Source: Octopus sinensis (Eukaryota). From it: DNA of 64,000 nt. The stretch covers positions 15,686,001-15,750,000 of the forward strand of contig NC_043012.1 in NCBI RefSeq assembly GCF_006345805.1, written 5' to 3'. A program made the position numbers and the translations under genes. The notes beneath the pieces are model-generated. The model saw only the letters and a program-made list of their open reading frames with translations, had not been told where the DNA came from and ran no database searches. Shown one piece after another: positions 49,073 to 61,560 of the stretch (position 1 is its first letter; each line of letters begins with the position of its first letter).

Positions 49073-49190
49073 TGTATGTATGTATGTATGTATGTATGTA
49101 TGTATGTATGTATGTATGTGTGTGAGCGTGTGTACGTGTGTGTGTGTGTTTGTGTGTGCGTGTACGTGCGCGTGAATGTGCGTGCGTATA
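49022..49190. repeat. (GTAT)n/(GT)n microsatellite; a second (GTAT)n at 50841-50940
   Basis: Direct reading. Confidence 0.95.
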
Positions 49191-49932
49191 TAAGTCATTA
49201 TTCAGTTTTATTTCAAGATTTCTTGCCAATAGAGAAAGATCCGGTTTCTAACCTAGATCCAAGACTCCTTATTGGAATTTTAACAACATCAACTGGGTAT
49301 TTTTGCATGTATGCGTGTATATGTGCAATATTTGGAGTCAGTGTTTGACGTATGTATTGTCATGCACATAGTTGCATGTCTAGACATGTATGCCTGCATG
49401 CATGTATGTGTCTATGTATGCATGTAACGGTTTGTTGTGTGGACGCCCCCAGACGATGAAGTAGGCTAGCCCAATACGTAGATACAGAGGGAGAAGTCTA
49501 GTCGTCGAGAGTTGAGTGGAGGTCATCCGAACGTGCGATATAATACGGAAACATGTTGAAACTTTGAAAATTCTTGCATACTTCAGCGTTAACTTAATGA
49601 TTGTATTTGCAAAGTGTTAGTTGGTAACTTTCTTCGTTTGAAAGTATCATCTTTGCAAGATTGACACTTAGAGCTTTAGTAACATGTATTTGTTTTTGTT
49701 TTATGTTCTGTGAAGTTCATTTAGACACATTTCCATCCTGTCACTAACATTGTAACAACCCTTCCTTGTTTACGTGAAGAGAGTTCAAAAGAATTCAGAG
49801 CATGCAAGCATTAAGTTAATATATGTATATGTGGACTTAAGTTTGAACGTAACTTCTTGCATGCAACTGGCGTACATGTATTTTTAGTATATGATCGTGT
49901 GTTATTACGTTTTATACATGTGTGCGTATGTA

Positions 49933-50454
49933 CCGTAATTCCTCGAGTATAACCCGCATCCCCCCCCCAATTTAAAGGTCAAAATCCCTAGTGCGTACTA
50001 TATACGAGGTTAAAAATGAAAACTATTTTCTAAGCAATGTCCGAGTCTCTATTTGCTGTCCGGCAATGTTTATTCAGATGCAGTTTGTGATGTTGAGCAC
50101 GAAAATACCTTAAGCTAAGCCTGAAAGCAATGAAGTCATAAAAGAATCATCCATAACTTGCAGTAAGCAACATTTACTAAAATAAAAGTATTCAGAACAC
50201 CGAATAACATGTAACAAAAAAACAATTTGCAAACATATTTACATTCCCATATAACAGTTAAGAACATCACCATTATTGTATTACGCATGCGTGGAAGTGT
50301 TTGTTCGACTAGGTGCTGCTGGCTTAATTACGCACGACTCAAGTTAGAGAAGGGGTGCGTATTATACACAAGGTTTAGGTTTTTCACAAGTACAACCCCC
50401 TAAAAATCCCCTGCGTATTATACTCAAGGACGGACTATACTCGGGGATTTACGA
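49933..50454. mobile_element. pogo/Tigger-type non-autonomous element
   Basis: TIRs ccgtaattcctcgagtata / tatactcggggatttacga with TA flanks and subterminal tgcgta(c/t)tatatac-like repeats. A related left end starts at 53625. Confidence 0.7.
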
Positions 50455-51845
50455 TACGTATGTTCATTCACGAAAACTAAAGAGGAAAATCAACGAAAAA
50501 TGCAAAACTTTACTGTACTATAAATTGATTAGATATGAAGGATTCAAGTTTGTTCAGCTTTTTTATTCTTTGAAAATGTATGACAAACATAAATGTACAA
50601 ATATGTTTCCATACAAATATACCTACCAACATGTTTCCATACAAATATACACACGTTTCTATAAAAACAGATATATAAATATATAATCATGCACAGAACG
50701 AATTACTTACAGGATAAAACAAACATTTTGGGTTTTTCTTTTAGCACATGGAAAATGAAACTGTTTCTTCGGCAATTTCCGTAAAACATTTCTTTAATTT
50801 TTCTTCAGTTGAATTGCTTACGCTTATGTAATTATTTTTTGTATGTATGTATGTATGTATGTATGTATGTATGTATGTATGTATGTATGTATGTATGTAT
50901 GTATGTATGTATGTATGTATGTGTATGTATGTATGTATGTCAGGTCACTTTCGAGTGCTACTGGTAGCATGTAATCCAGTACAACATGTTGCATGGTCTA
51001 AACCGGCAATCCCACCAAGCTTGCTTGGTGAGGAGGGTGTTTATTGGATACCCTGCGGGATGAAAAACAAAACTCGTCAAAGGGCGGAGGAACCCTTAGG
51101 AGTCAACGGTCATCCAATAAATGTGTAATTTTTTTTCCTTAAGGCTTAAGGCTGTATCATGCGCGGGGACATAGAAATAATCGGACTGAATACCCGATCG
51201 CGCGGTTAAACCATTGGGAGTGAAGGACTCCTAGCCTTTGTTAGGGCATCCTTCTAGGAGAAGGTAACTCAGGTAACTGGGATAACTCCGACATAAAACG
51301 TGCGGCTCAGTGGTTACCGATGATGTTGACTTGTTCGTCTTTTCGGATTATGGCTGCTGTTGCTTAGTGAGTGGGATTGACTCAGTGCACAGCCTTTCCT
51401 CACTTTAAAAAAAATCTTCTTGCACAGGCATTGCACGATAACAACATTGTTCATGATTGTTGATGGTGCTGTGAGTCTCAACTGAATAGCTGGCTGTAAC
51501 CTTAAAAAGCAAATAAAATGTAACATTCGATCACAGCACCAATAACAGTTGAGCTTCGTGCAATGGCCATACTCGATAACGAGGGGCAGCCATCACCATA
51601 TGTATGTGTATATATTTCTTTTGTTTTTCAGCTAAATCGATTATGATTATGTATTTTTCTGTATATAATATATTTGTATATGTATGTGTATGTAAGTCAT
51701 GGATGTATATTTGGGCATGTACGTCTATTACTTTGAATTGTTTTCAGCCGAATCGCTATATTTATGTATTTTGTGTGTATTTATGCGTGATTATATGTGT
51801 GTGTATGTATATTTGTGTATGCATGTGTTTACACATACACATATG

Positions 51846-51886
<41 letters not shown>

Positions 51887-52085
51887 GCAATACTTACGCA
51901 AATATACATAAATACATAAATGCATACACAAAAAAATTACATAAACATCAGCTAAAAAAATAAATTAAGGAAATAAATACTTTTTACGAAAATTGTCGAA
52001 CAGTTTCGTTTCCCGTGTACCCCTATCGAAAGATAGCCTTTCTGTTTTTTTTTACAAGAGCCATCAGTTCTCGAGATAGTCTTAC

Positions 52086-52178
52086 CTTTAATCATATCTT
52101 CTGTTGATACAAACGGTGAAATTTCATTTACATCACCACCATGACGGATAGTATAATTATTGCGATCAGGCTCATTTT
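52086..52178 (-). CDS. D10C-mucin membrane protein, linker exon
   Basis: atttcatag| ... |gtaaga, phase 1-1. NEPDRNNYTIRHGGDVNEISPFVSTEDMIK. Confidence 0.8.
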
Positions 52179-52417
52179 CTATGAAATAGAAGAAACGATA
52201 TGCATTTAGACAATCATTAAAGCATGGAAGACGATGCACTAAAGAGATATGAAAATAAGGTAATTTCTTATTTGACGTTCGTAAAATCATGGTGATCCAA
52301 ACAGTTTATTCCAATAAAAAATATTCATAATTCGAAGTGGTACACACTGCGAACAGCGGGTAAAAAGTGAGGAAAAAATGTTAGACTTATTATGAAAAGA
52401 GCACATATAAAAATTCT

Positions 52418-52800
52418 TGTGGCTATGTGGTAAGTAGCTTGCTTACGAACCACATGGTTCCGGGTTCAGTCCCACTGCGTGGCACCTTGGGCAAATGTCT
52501 TCTACTATAGCCTCGGATTTGGTTGACGGAAACTGAAGGAAGCCCGTCGTATATATGTATATCTCTATATATGTATATATGTGTGTGTATATGTTTGTGT
52601 GTCTGTGTTTGTCACCCCAACATCGCTTGACAACCGATGCTGGTGTGTTTACGTCTCCGTCACTTAGCGGTTGGCAAAAGAGACCCATAGAATAAGTACT
52701 AGGCTTACAAAGAATAAATCCTGTGGTCGATTTGCTCGACTAAAGGCTGTGCTCCAGCATGGCCGCAGTCAAACGACTGAAACAACTAAAAGAGTAAAAG
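52418..52800 (+). mobile_element. SINE family A
   Basis: Near-consensus copy. Confidence 0.9.
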
Positions 52801-53460
52801 AATCCACGGCGGACGCACCAAACAATACAATTCGCTGAATCTGACAAAGATCGAACCCGTGGCGCAATTGCCTACTTTTCATTGATTAACTTCTTACCTG
52901 CATTTCGTTTGAATTCACAATAAAATGAGGATTAGTAGGGCGCCTACGAGATATGGTAATCGATTTGAAATGAAATTGAAACTAATGTAAATTCGATTTT
53001 ACGAACGTCAAATAGGCAATTACCGAAGGCAATGTGTTAACGTTATTAAATCATTTCAGTTGGAACTGAAGTATCTCGAAAGGGGAAAAGTTAAATAAGT
53101 TTGCAGTATATTATGTCATCAACTGAAATCTTTAGTTTCGTATGCCTGTTATAGCAATTCTGAACTTCTGAACTATGTCCTTGGCGAAAGATCTAAATAT
53201 TAATGGCCCAGTCTATTTCTGTAAAAATATAAATACTATGGAAAGGTGGTTTTTAAATGTTTTAAAACAGGGTGGCTAGTGTTTTGTTTGGGTATTGTGC
53301 TAAGTTCCAAACACTAATGGGAAAGACAACAGGCAAGATATTCCAATATCTTAACTGAAATCCATTCCGCTTTCTGAAAAGTGCATCATGTGTTATTCAA
53401 GCATTGGTCGCGCGCCAGTGAAATGGGTTAAATTCTTACAATGTAATTCTTCCACAAGTA

Positions 53461-53506
<46 letters not shown>

Positions 53507-53789
53507 TGCACGTGCGTGCGTGTGTGCGTGTGCGTGAGTGTGTGTATATGTGTGTGTGTGTACATATATGTCCATATCTCTGTCCATTTATCCTTCTGCA
53601 TCTGTTCTCTCTTGCTTTTAATTACCGTATTTGCCAGTGTATAAGCCGCACCCGTGTATACCCCCGCCCAAATTTTCGGTCCATGATTGGGAAAAAATGT
53701 GGGGGAAACCGGGAAATAACTGGGGCTAATGGAAAGAGAGAAATGTTACTTATGCCATGGCACCAGAAAACTTGTGGCCAAGAAGAAAA

Positions 53790-55080
53790 ACATTGCTTCA
53801 ACAGAGGAGTATTGACCCATAGCCACCATTTTGTATGAGTCTTCCCCGATTAAATGTTGCTTTGGCACACTTGTGCAAGTCAAATTCCATGTTAAAACTT
53901 TTCACAGTTGTTAGTAATCTCTCCAGATCATTATCATCTTTTGCATGTAGCTTGAGGTCATCAATATAAAAGAAGTGTGAGATGGTTCTATTAAAGATTT
54001 TACATTCATATTGTATATGTGATAGGGATATGAATTCTAAGCAAAAAAGTAATGGGCACAATGAGTCTCCTTGCTATATGCCTCGGTTAATCTTAATACT
54101 GCCAGATGTACTTATGATTTTATTATGAGTGAGGTGCAATTTTTTGTACCACGTGCCCATACTTTGGTGCAGAAAACCTTTAATAATTGGCGATATTTTG
54201 TACCAATCTAGAACTTTTACGATTCACGGGTGAAATACATGATCGAATGCCTTGCGGTAATGTATCCCCAGCTCTACTAAGATTATGGCTTTTTGAGGAG
54301 CAGCTTTTTGAGTATTATTCGGTTAATCAGAAGTTGAACTTCACAAACACAGAAATTTCTATAGCAGCCCTTTTGCACGAAGAATGTGTTGTTGTTCAAG
54401 AAATTGGTATGCGCGCTCTATTAGAATCGCTGTCAATATTTTGTAAGTGGTAGCAAGGCTTGTAGTTCTTCGTATTTTTAGATTCGTCATTTTTAGGCAG
54501 CACGTAGGTTATCCCTTGAGTTAGCCAAGATGCCGCTTTTTCTGGGATTTTCATTATGCCAGAAAAACATTCAGATAATTGCTTGTGTGATATTGCCAGA
54601 GCATTCAACTAAATGATTTTTTATCACATAATTCCCAAGGGATTTCCATTTAAGAGCCTTTGATATCACCATCAGCCCCTTGATGGTGATATCTTCCCAC
54701 ATTTTTCTTGTGCATTCACCATTCCTTGTTATCCTGTGATCCATTCATAATTTTCATTAAATCCCTTATTATTAGTCCATATACTTCTCCAGAAATTTTC
54801 TCATGCATTTCAGGCGGGTTCTTTAAATTCTATCGTTTCTTGTAAAGTTCTCTGTAAAATCTTTCCACGATCTGTTTTGAATATTTTGTTTTGTCTGTAG
54901 AAGTCATTTCTTTCATCAAACCTACGGAAGCGCAGTGACTTAAGCTGTAAATTTTGTTTTACTACTTCATCCATATCAACCAATTTGTGCTTGTGCTGTT
55001 TTGATTTCCTTGTGTTGACTTTGTTTTCTTTAGATAATTCATCTTAGCTAGAAAGTTCACTCCTGAGCAATTCATTTTCC
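53790..55080 (-). mobile_element. R4/Dong-type (RLE) non-LTR retrotransposon RT fragment
   Basis: WLTQGITYVLPKNDESKNTKNYKP and FFYIDDLKLHAKDDNDLERLLTTVKSF..KCAKATFNRG; multiple disruptions. Confidence 0.85.
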
Positions 55081-55796
55081 TTGGCTACCTGTACAAATGC
55101 ATCCACTCATCCTTTCATTTATCCATCCCTCTCTTCCTCCTCTCTCTTGTCCGCCCATCTTACCTGCCTGTCTAATGGCCTGCCTGCATACACATACACA
55201 CCAATACGTAACACACTATATCCCGGGAATATCTGTAAAACGTGTCACTGCTACGTTTGAAGGTTTGTCTTTCTGATATAAAAATATTTATTTTCAAATG
55301 ATAAATACTCTTTCATTCTGATCAACTCCGATAAATCAGTGCTGGCCTGATGTCATATCGTATTGATATAGTTTTGAATACCTTTATTTTTTCCTTGTCT
55401 TTCATTTCTGCCAATTTCTTGGTTACGGTACGTTATTTATTCAGCCAACACTAACCGTTACGTTTGATCACTGGATTTAACCAAGTTGTTCGTAAACTTG
55501 TCTTATATTGCGCATTAAGTTTTGGTTTCTGTTACACATTCATATCTATGTGGATACGTAGGTATACGTGTGTAGAATACATCCCCACTATTGACACTAT
55601 TTGTTAGTAAACAGTATGAGCTGCGTCTAAGGCGGATACGCACAATGTGTATCACTGTATATTGACAGTTCGCAACAGGTTAAGCAAAATAAACACGTAA
55701 AACAATAACAATGCCTTCATTGAGTTGTCTATCATCCCATCATGAACGAAACAATGCATAACAGGGTCTATTGCTTCAAAAAATATAGGTATTCTT

Positions 55797-55833
<37 letters not shown>

Positions 55834-56463
55834 TGTATGATGGACTCTCCCGCCGAAGACGACATATGCGTACAGCTTTTGTCGAACGACCCGCACAAAT
55901 GATTTGCTTTATAGTGATCAAATGTATGTGCTGTGCATTAGCGCACGTCTTCCATCAAATCGTCGCTGCCTGAACAGATGCACGGTGTACCACATGTCTG
56001 GTGTCTAAGGGATGGTGAACAACTTGAGATGAAGTGTTTTGCTCAAGAATACAACGCACCACCCGGTCTTGGAATTTACCCTGCCACATTAAAGGCATTA
56101 AACTAATAATCTAGTAACAAATATTTCTTCACTGCATTTAAGTACGTTAGACTCTATTTAACTATGTTCTTCGTGTCGAAGGCATCTTTTAAAATGTTCA
56201 CCTGCCATTATCTTAAATTATCAAAGGGTTAAATTTTTCACTGAAAATCTTTCTTGTTTCAGTCACATAGTATTTTGAAACTACATGTATGGCCATGTTT
56301 CACTGATGAAGATTGTGGGGTTTCAGAAAAAGTGAGGTGGTACCAATTGTCATTGGAACCTTAGAAACAACGGGGCGGAGGCTCAAGGAGAGAACAAAAC
56401 ATTTAGCTTTCTGGATTGATAATTTTGTAAGTCATTCTTTGAAAAAGTTTCTTTGGTACTTAC

Positions 56464-56695
56464 GCAATATGGAACAGTAAGCGACTGGACATCTATCTGT
56501 CTTTTTTAGATTATAGATAAAGAAATCTCCGGAGCAATGTCGCATTTCGATACGCTTGGATAGCACACAGCAGTCCCATTTTCCGAGGATATCGAACGAT
56601 GAACATGCGGTAACGGAAATCGTGTTCCCGATAGCGGGCAAAGTCTGATTCTTCAAATCGATAAACATTCCCAGTTTCGTACCACAGAAATCGTT
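56464..56695 (-). CDS. D10C-mucin membrane protein, D8C/D10C domain second half
   Basis: cttttcag| ... |gtaagt, phase 0-1. NDFCGTKLGMFIDLKNQTLPAIGNTISVTACSSFDILGKWDCCVLSKRIEMRHCSGDFFIYNLKKTDRCPVAYCSIL has CGT, TAC, CC, C.G.F.Y.L and C...YC. Confidence 0.92.
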
Positions 56696-56802
56696 CTGAA
56701 AAAGAAAGAAAAGGGATTAACAAAAATTATGATTTTCTTTTCTTTTACATTGACACTCCTCACAAATGTGTAAGAGAATGGTTTGTCGAATAAAACTAAC
56801 CT

Positions 56803-56854
<52 letters not shown>

Positions 56855-57036
56855 ACAGTTCAATTTGCAAACTGCACCAGAATGAACGAAAGCGCTTATA
56901 TATGATATATGATATAAGTTATATGATGTATAAAAACATGTAATATACAAATAAATATCTGTAAATATAAAACCATCCGAATTTCTGAGTACCTCATTTC
57001 TTCTAGTATAAAATACCTGTACATCATCTCCAAACC

Positions 57037-57074
<38 letters not shown>

Positions 57075-57078
<4 letters not shown>

Positions 57079-58337
57079 GTTATCCCATAAATAATGCGAT
57101 TTTCTCAATTGCATCAACTAAAAGTCCGAGGGGTACGGGATAAACTACCTGCATCAACTTGCTATAAAAGTAGATAGTAATTTTACTTTGTCCTTATTCT
57201 TAGTGCAAGTTTTGAAGAGTGCAGTTCGAGTTTAACAGTTATTTTTTCAAAGCTGGAAATGACAAAGGAGTATGTATATTCGGCATATTTTGCTTTATGA
57301 GTTCAATAAAGGCAACAACGCAACGGAGAGTGCGAGGAATATTCATGCAGTCTATGGGGATCGGACAGTAAGCGTCAACGGTGGTTCCAGAAACACCGAA
57401 CCGGAAACTACAGCCGAGAAGACGAGCCTCGTCCTGGAAGATCTGTAGAGAGCGACGAGGACGTCCTGCAAACCCTGGCGGAAAAAAATCCTATCGTAAC
57501 TTCTGAGGAACTAGCAGAGAAGCTTGGATTTGGTCATTCAACCATTCATCGACACGTGCTTGCCATTGGAAAAGTCAGCAAATTGGATCAATGGGTTCCT
57601 CACAAACTTTCCAGGTCTGATTTCGCGCAGATAGAGAATGTGTTCTCTTCTTAGCTGTCACATCCCATGAATGAACCTTTTTTGGGACCAAATAGTGACA
57701 GGTGACGAGAAATAGGTTCTCTGTAAAAATGTAAAACGCCGAAGACGGTGGGAAGGGAAAGGAGAAACACCGGCACCCCAGGCTAAAGAAAGTCTTCCCC
57801 CATGTAAGGTGTTGTTATCTGTTTGGTGGGATATAAAAGGCTTAATTCATTTTGAACTTTTAAACCCAAACCAAGCAATAACAAGCGGGATCTGTTTCGA
57901 GTAGCTTGAGCGGTTTAAGTCAACGCTAGAAGAAAAACGATCATCTTTGGTTTCAAGACGAAAGATGTTCCTCCATCAGGATAATGCTCGGCTACATAAA
58001 GCAAGGATGAGATTCCAAAGGCTGGAGCAGTTTGAATGGGAAACGATGCCCCACCCACGATATTTGCCGGAGATTGCCCCATCTGTTTATTATTTATTCC
58101 AGTCTTCAAAATCATTTGGACGGAAAAAATATGAATTCTGCAGACGAGGTGAGAACAGTACTGGAAGAGTATTTTTCGTCACGGATGAGTGAAGTTTGGA
58201 AGAGGGGCCTTGTAAATCTACCAGAGAGATGGAAGAGCATTGTAGAAAATGAAGGAGAGCATATTTTAGATTAAAAAAGAACTTTGTTTTTCTTAATTTT
58301 GAAAAAAATATAAGAGCCGCATTATTCAGGGGATAAC

Positions 58338-58341
<4 letters not shown>
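57075..58341 (+). mobile_element. Full-length degenerate mariner inserted in (TA)n
   Basis: TIRs ttgggttatcccataaataatgcg / cgcattattcaggggataacccaa. Fragmented ORF 57259-58274 with WVPHKL, GDEK, HQDNA and PEIAPSVYYLF (third Asp replaced by Val). Confidence 0.93.
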
Positions 58342-58371
<30 letters not shown>

Positions 58372-58400
58372 TATTTCCGCGTGTAGTTTCTATTTGTAAC

Positions 58401-58518
58401 GAAAGGATGAAAGGCAAAAATCGACCTCGGCGGAATTTGAGCTCAGAATGTAGCGGCAGATGAAGTACCGCTAAGTATTTCGCCCGGCGCGCTAACGATT
58501 CTGCCACTTCGCCGCCTT
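58401..58518 (-). mobile_element. SINE family E 5' part
   Basis: Family E core next to the mariner. Confidence 0.8.
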
Positions 58519-58611
58519 TAATAATGGCTTCAAATTATGGCACAAGGACAGTAATTTTACGGGAGGAAGTATGTCGATTACCTCGGCCCGAATACTCAAG
58601 CATAAAGCTTT

Positions 58612-59420
58612 TTAGATTATTTACAGAATAGCACAGAAATAAAGAATAGGTGACCAAGAGTAAAGTAAGAGAAAAGGAGAAGAATTAAGTTCAAAGAGAA
58701 CATATTAAACAAACTGATGAGAAACTTTTGCATGGTCAGTTTTGGAAAGCCACTGAGAATGTGTATGGAACAAAATCCCGTGGCTGGTTGAAAAAAAGGC
58801 AATTGAAAAAAGAACCAGTGAGCTTTACCAACTGCTCAAGATCAACTCGAAAAAATATGTATATGGGGAGAAGGTGTCAACAAAATATAGAATATGTGTA
58901 GTTTGGGATGAAACGTTTCAGAATGTCCCAAGTTGGCCCAGAGAGAATATAAGAAATGGAGGCATGACTAAGTTGTAAAGGTTTTGCACTGGAAGCTTTG
59001 TTAGAATTGGGAGTTCGAAGCTAGATGTACTTGATATAACAGCCAGGTAGAAAGTGTACTTGAATTGGAAAAATGCTAGATATCATGTGATTTCTTCAAT
59101 TCAAAAGGCTAAGAAGATAGAAAATAACAACCCAGATATAACAATGACAGACAAAACAAAGCGAATTTACTTACTGATTGATCCATCATGTCTGTTTGAT
59201 TCCAGGATTGTGAAGAAAGAAGATGGAAAGTTAAAAAAATACAATCCCTAATAATTTGAGACTGCGTGATTTTGGAATATGGAATATGTAAAGGTTGTGC
59301 TTGTAATAACTGGTGCATTAGGGACTATGAATAATGACATGAACAAATAGTTAAAGGAGACTGGAATGCCTCTAAAGGAATAGGGAAGATCACGAGAAGG
59401 GTTTTGAGTATTTGAAGGCT
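58612..59420 (+). mobile_element. R4/Dong-type C-terminal fragment (restriction-like endonuclease)
   Basis: LHGQFWK..SECPKLAQREYKKWRHD..LHWKLC..QPRYNND/DKTKRIYLLIDPSCLFDSRIVKKE..KVVLVITGALGT across broken frames. Confidence 0.8.
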
Positions 59421-59491
59421 TATTGACGCATGCCATGATAGATCGTTAGCCACTATACGCATTTTTTTCTCTCCTTGTTTTTCCTGTGTCC

Positions 59492-59527
59492 CTTTCTGTA
59501 GAAGAGCGTAAGCTCGAAGCGTAAAAG
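59492..59527 (+). ncRNA. Hammerhead-like motif with variant core
   Basis: cttt-CTGTAGA-a-gagc gtaa gctc-GAAG-cg-TA-aaag. Stems I and II pair perfectly; the core differs at positions 6 and 15.1. Confidence 0.45.
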
Positions 59528-59618
59528 ACTTTTTCAATTTCCTGAGCGTTATACTAATACATCTGTTTGTTTTATACACCGCTTGTCTTTGTCTTTTGTT
59601 TTTTTCGTGAACTCTCCC

Positions 59619-59633
59619 TATATATATATATAT

Positions 59634-59681
<48 letters not shown>

Positions 59682-59690
59682 GTATGTATA

Positions 59691-59751
<61 letters not shown>

Positions 59752-59752
59752 G

Positions 59753-59804
<52 letters not shown>

Positions 59805-59814
59805 TATATGTATG

Positions 59815-59900
<86 letters not shown>

Positions 59901-59945
59901 TATATATGTATGTATGTATATATGTGTGTGTGTGTGTATGCATGT
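59619..59945. repeat. Long imperfect (TA)n/(TATG)n microsatellite
   Basis: Direct reading; source of many spurious YIYI ORFs. Confidence 0.97.
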
Positions 59946-60535
59946 ACATGGTGGCCTAGGATGTGAGTGGAAGTGACTGTAGATTGGAAATAAGTAGTGT
60001 AGACATAAGAAACGAGAGGAAAAGGGATTCAGTGGAAGAAAGAAAGATCAGCGAAATCAGATATGGAAGAGAGTATATCTTCAGGGGAGGGCAGAGTTGG
60101 CATAGATGAGAGCTTCCGTTTAGTGAACAGGAGACATTGAAATCTCATGTTCCTGTAGGTTCTGTGCATGCAGATGGGAGTCTTTTCAGTAACTCTTTTC
60201 TGTGAGGTGTCTAGACAATATGACTTTCGATCTGTCTTTCGTGCACTTGTTGCATGGTTTTCACTTTGGGGAATTCAGTCTAGTACTAGGTAGAATTTAC
60301 CCCTGCTGGTTACAAAGTATGGATTTGATTTTTAGTTCGTGGAAGTAGTTAGCTAAAGATCTTTTATTTCACCTTCTGAAAATTCTAAAGAAGAGTGAGA
60401 ATTGTAGTTCAACTTAAAACTGTTACACGTCAAACCAACTACGGGCCTAGTGCATGTGAGGGAGAGCTCTTGTGTAGCGTTTTAACGACTCGAGCTTATG
60501 CGTAAAATATATGAGAAAAAAGTTTGTTTTTTTAC

Positions 60536-60684
60536 CTTGATGCACTGAGTTGGAATAATGGCTGGCTGTTTACCAATGATAAAGCGGTACCATCCTTCTG
60601 TTAGCGTATTGTCGCAGAGAGTATCATTATCCTTTGTAACATGTCTTGATGAAACTTCTTTTTCCGTGTAATGATCACAAGGAT
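60536..60684 (-). CDS. D10C-mucin membrane protein, D8C/D10C domain first half
   Basis: tttttcag| ... |gtaaaa, phase 1-0. DPCDHYTEKEVSSRHVTKDNDTLCDNTLTEGWYRFIIGKQPAIIPTQCIK shows the DPC..Y and CD...GWYRF signature of the uromodulin/GP2/OIT3 domain. Confidence 0.92.
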
Positions 60685-60860
60685 CTGAAAAAGCCAGATT
60701 AAAAATAGAATAAATATACAAAATATGAGCATATATAAACGGAATGTGACCACCTCATCCCGCCAAAAGGAAAAAAAGAGCAAACAATTAAAACGACGAA
60801 ACGCCACATAGTTATTTGGAAATAGAAAAATTAGCAAAAGAAGCAAAAACAAGAGCTTAC

Positions 60861-60974
60861 CTTTCGAAGTAACTTCAGTGCAGGACAGGGAAAAAGCTGA
60901 AAGTAGAAATATAGAAGTTTGAGGAAATGTACCTAACACAACGATTAGCGACGACGAAGGTGGTTCTGTAGTTT
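60861..60974 (-). CDS. D10C-mucin membrane protein, hydrophobic signal-like exon (5' boundary uncertain)
   Basis: Strong donor aaag|gtaagc in phase 1 matches the next exon. Frame ETTEPPSSSLIVVLGTFPQTSIFLLSAFSLSCTEVTSK; putative acceptor ttttactacag. No in-frame ATG inside this exon. Confidence 0.6.
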
Positions 60975-61347
60975 CTGTAGTAAAACACCAGATTGAATCA
61001 CCAGCATTGAATGAAACTCATTATAGAGGAGGTAGATTAGATCTCTGTAGTTCTAATAAATACAGAAACAACCGAGGCTTGAAAATTGCATTCATTATAA
61101 TATATCTGCGTTTTGAGGTAATGACAATGAGGACAAAGACATGACCAGAACAAAAGAAGAATATCAAAAATGAATAGTTGAATGTTCCACGAAGGACCTG
61201 AAAAGTATCTTAAAAACACGAGAGACTCGAGATCTGGTAATTTTGATAAAGATTTTTCCATGAAAGTACAATAAAATAATATCTACCTCGACCATAACCA
61301 ATCTATAATTCAGTTTTGTTGATGTTACTTGTAGTTGTCATCATATA

Positions 61348-61560
61348 TGATGGAGTGCTGAGAAGTTCCTGGCTTTGGGCAAAAGAAAACACAGGAAGAT
61401 CAATTATGATTTTATTCGACATATTCCCCTCTTAAATTCACACACATATTGCAGAAGTCATTCAGTTTTTCTAAGCCCGGTAAAAGAACTCGGAAGGTTA
61501 AGCTTCTAACTAGGTCTTTCGAGATACCCTTAAAACCAGGAACTTTTCAGTACTCCTTCG
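61348..61560. mobile_element. 213-bp MITE, same family as 13218-13422, opposite orientation
   Basis: TIRs tgatggagtgctgagaagttcctggcttt / aaaaccaggaacttttcagtactccttcg, TA flanks, shared internal sequence. Confidence 0.85.

Noticed and set aside
50985-51045. Twister ribozyme fit
   Set aside because: Has UAA, a CCC-containing loop and GAGGG, but P2 and P1 do not pair, and a competing 7-bp hairpin is present.
59572-59976. Many long ORFs (YIYI.., CVCV.., HTHT..) here and at about 6.7, 35, 40, 43, 46, 49-51 and 53.5 kb
   Set aside because: Translations of (TA)n, (TG)n and (TACA)n microsatellites.
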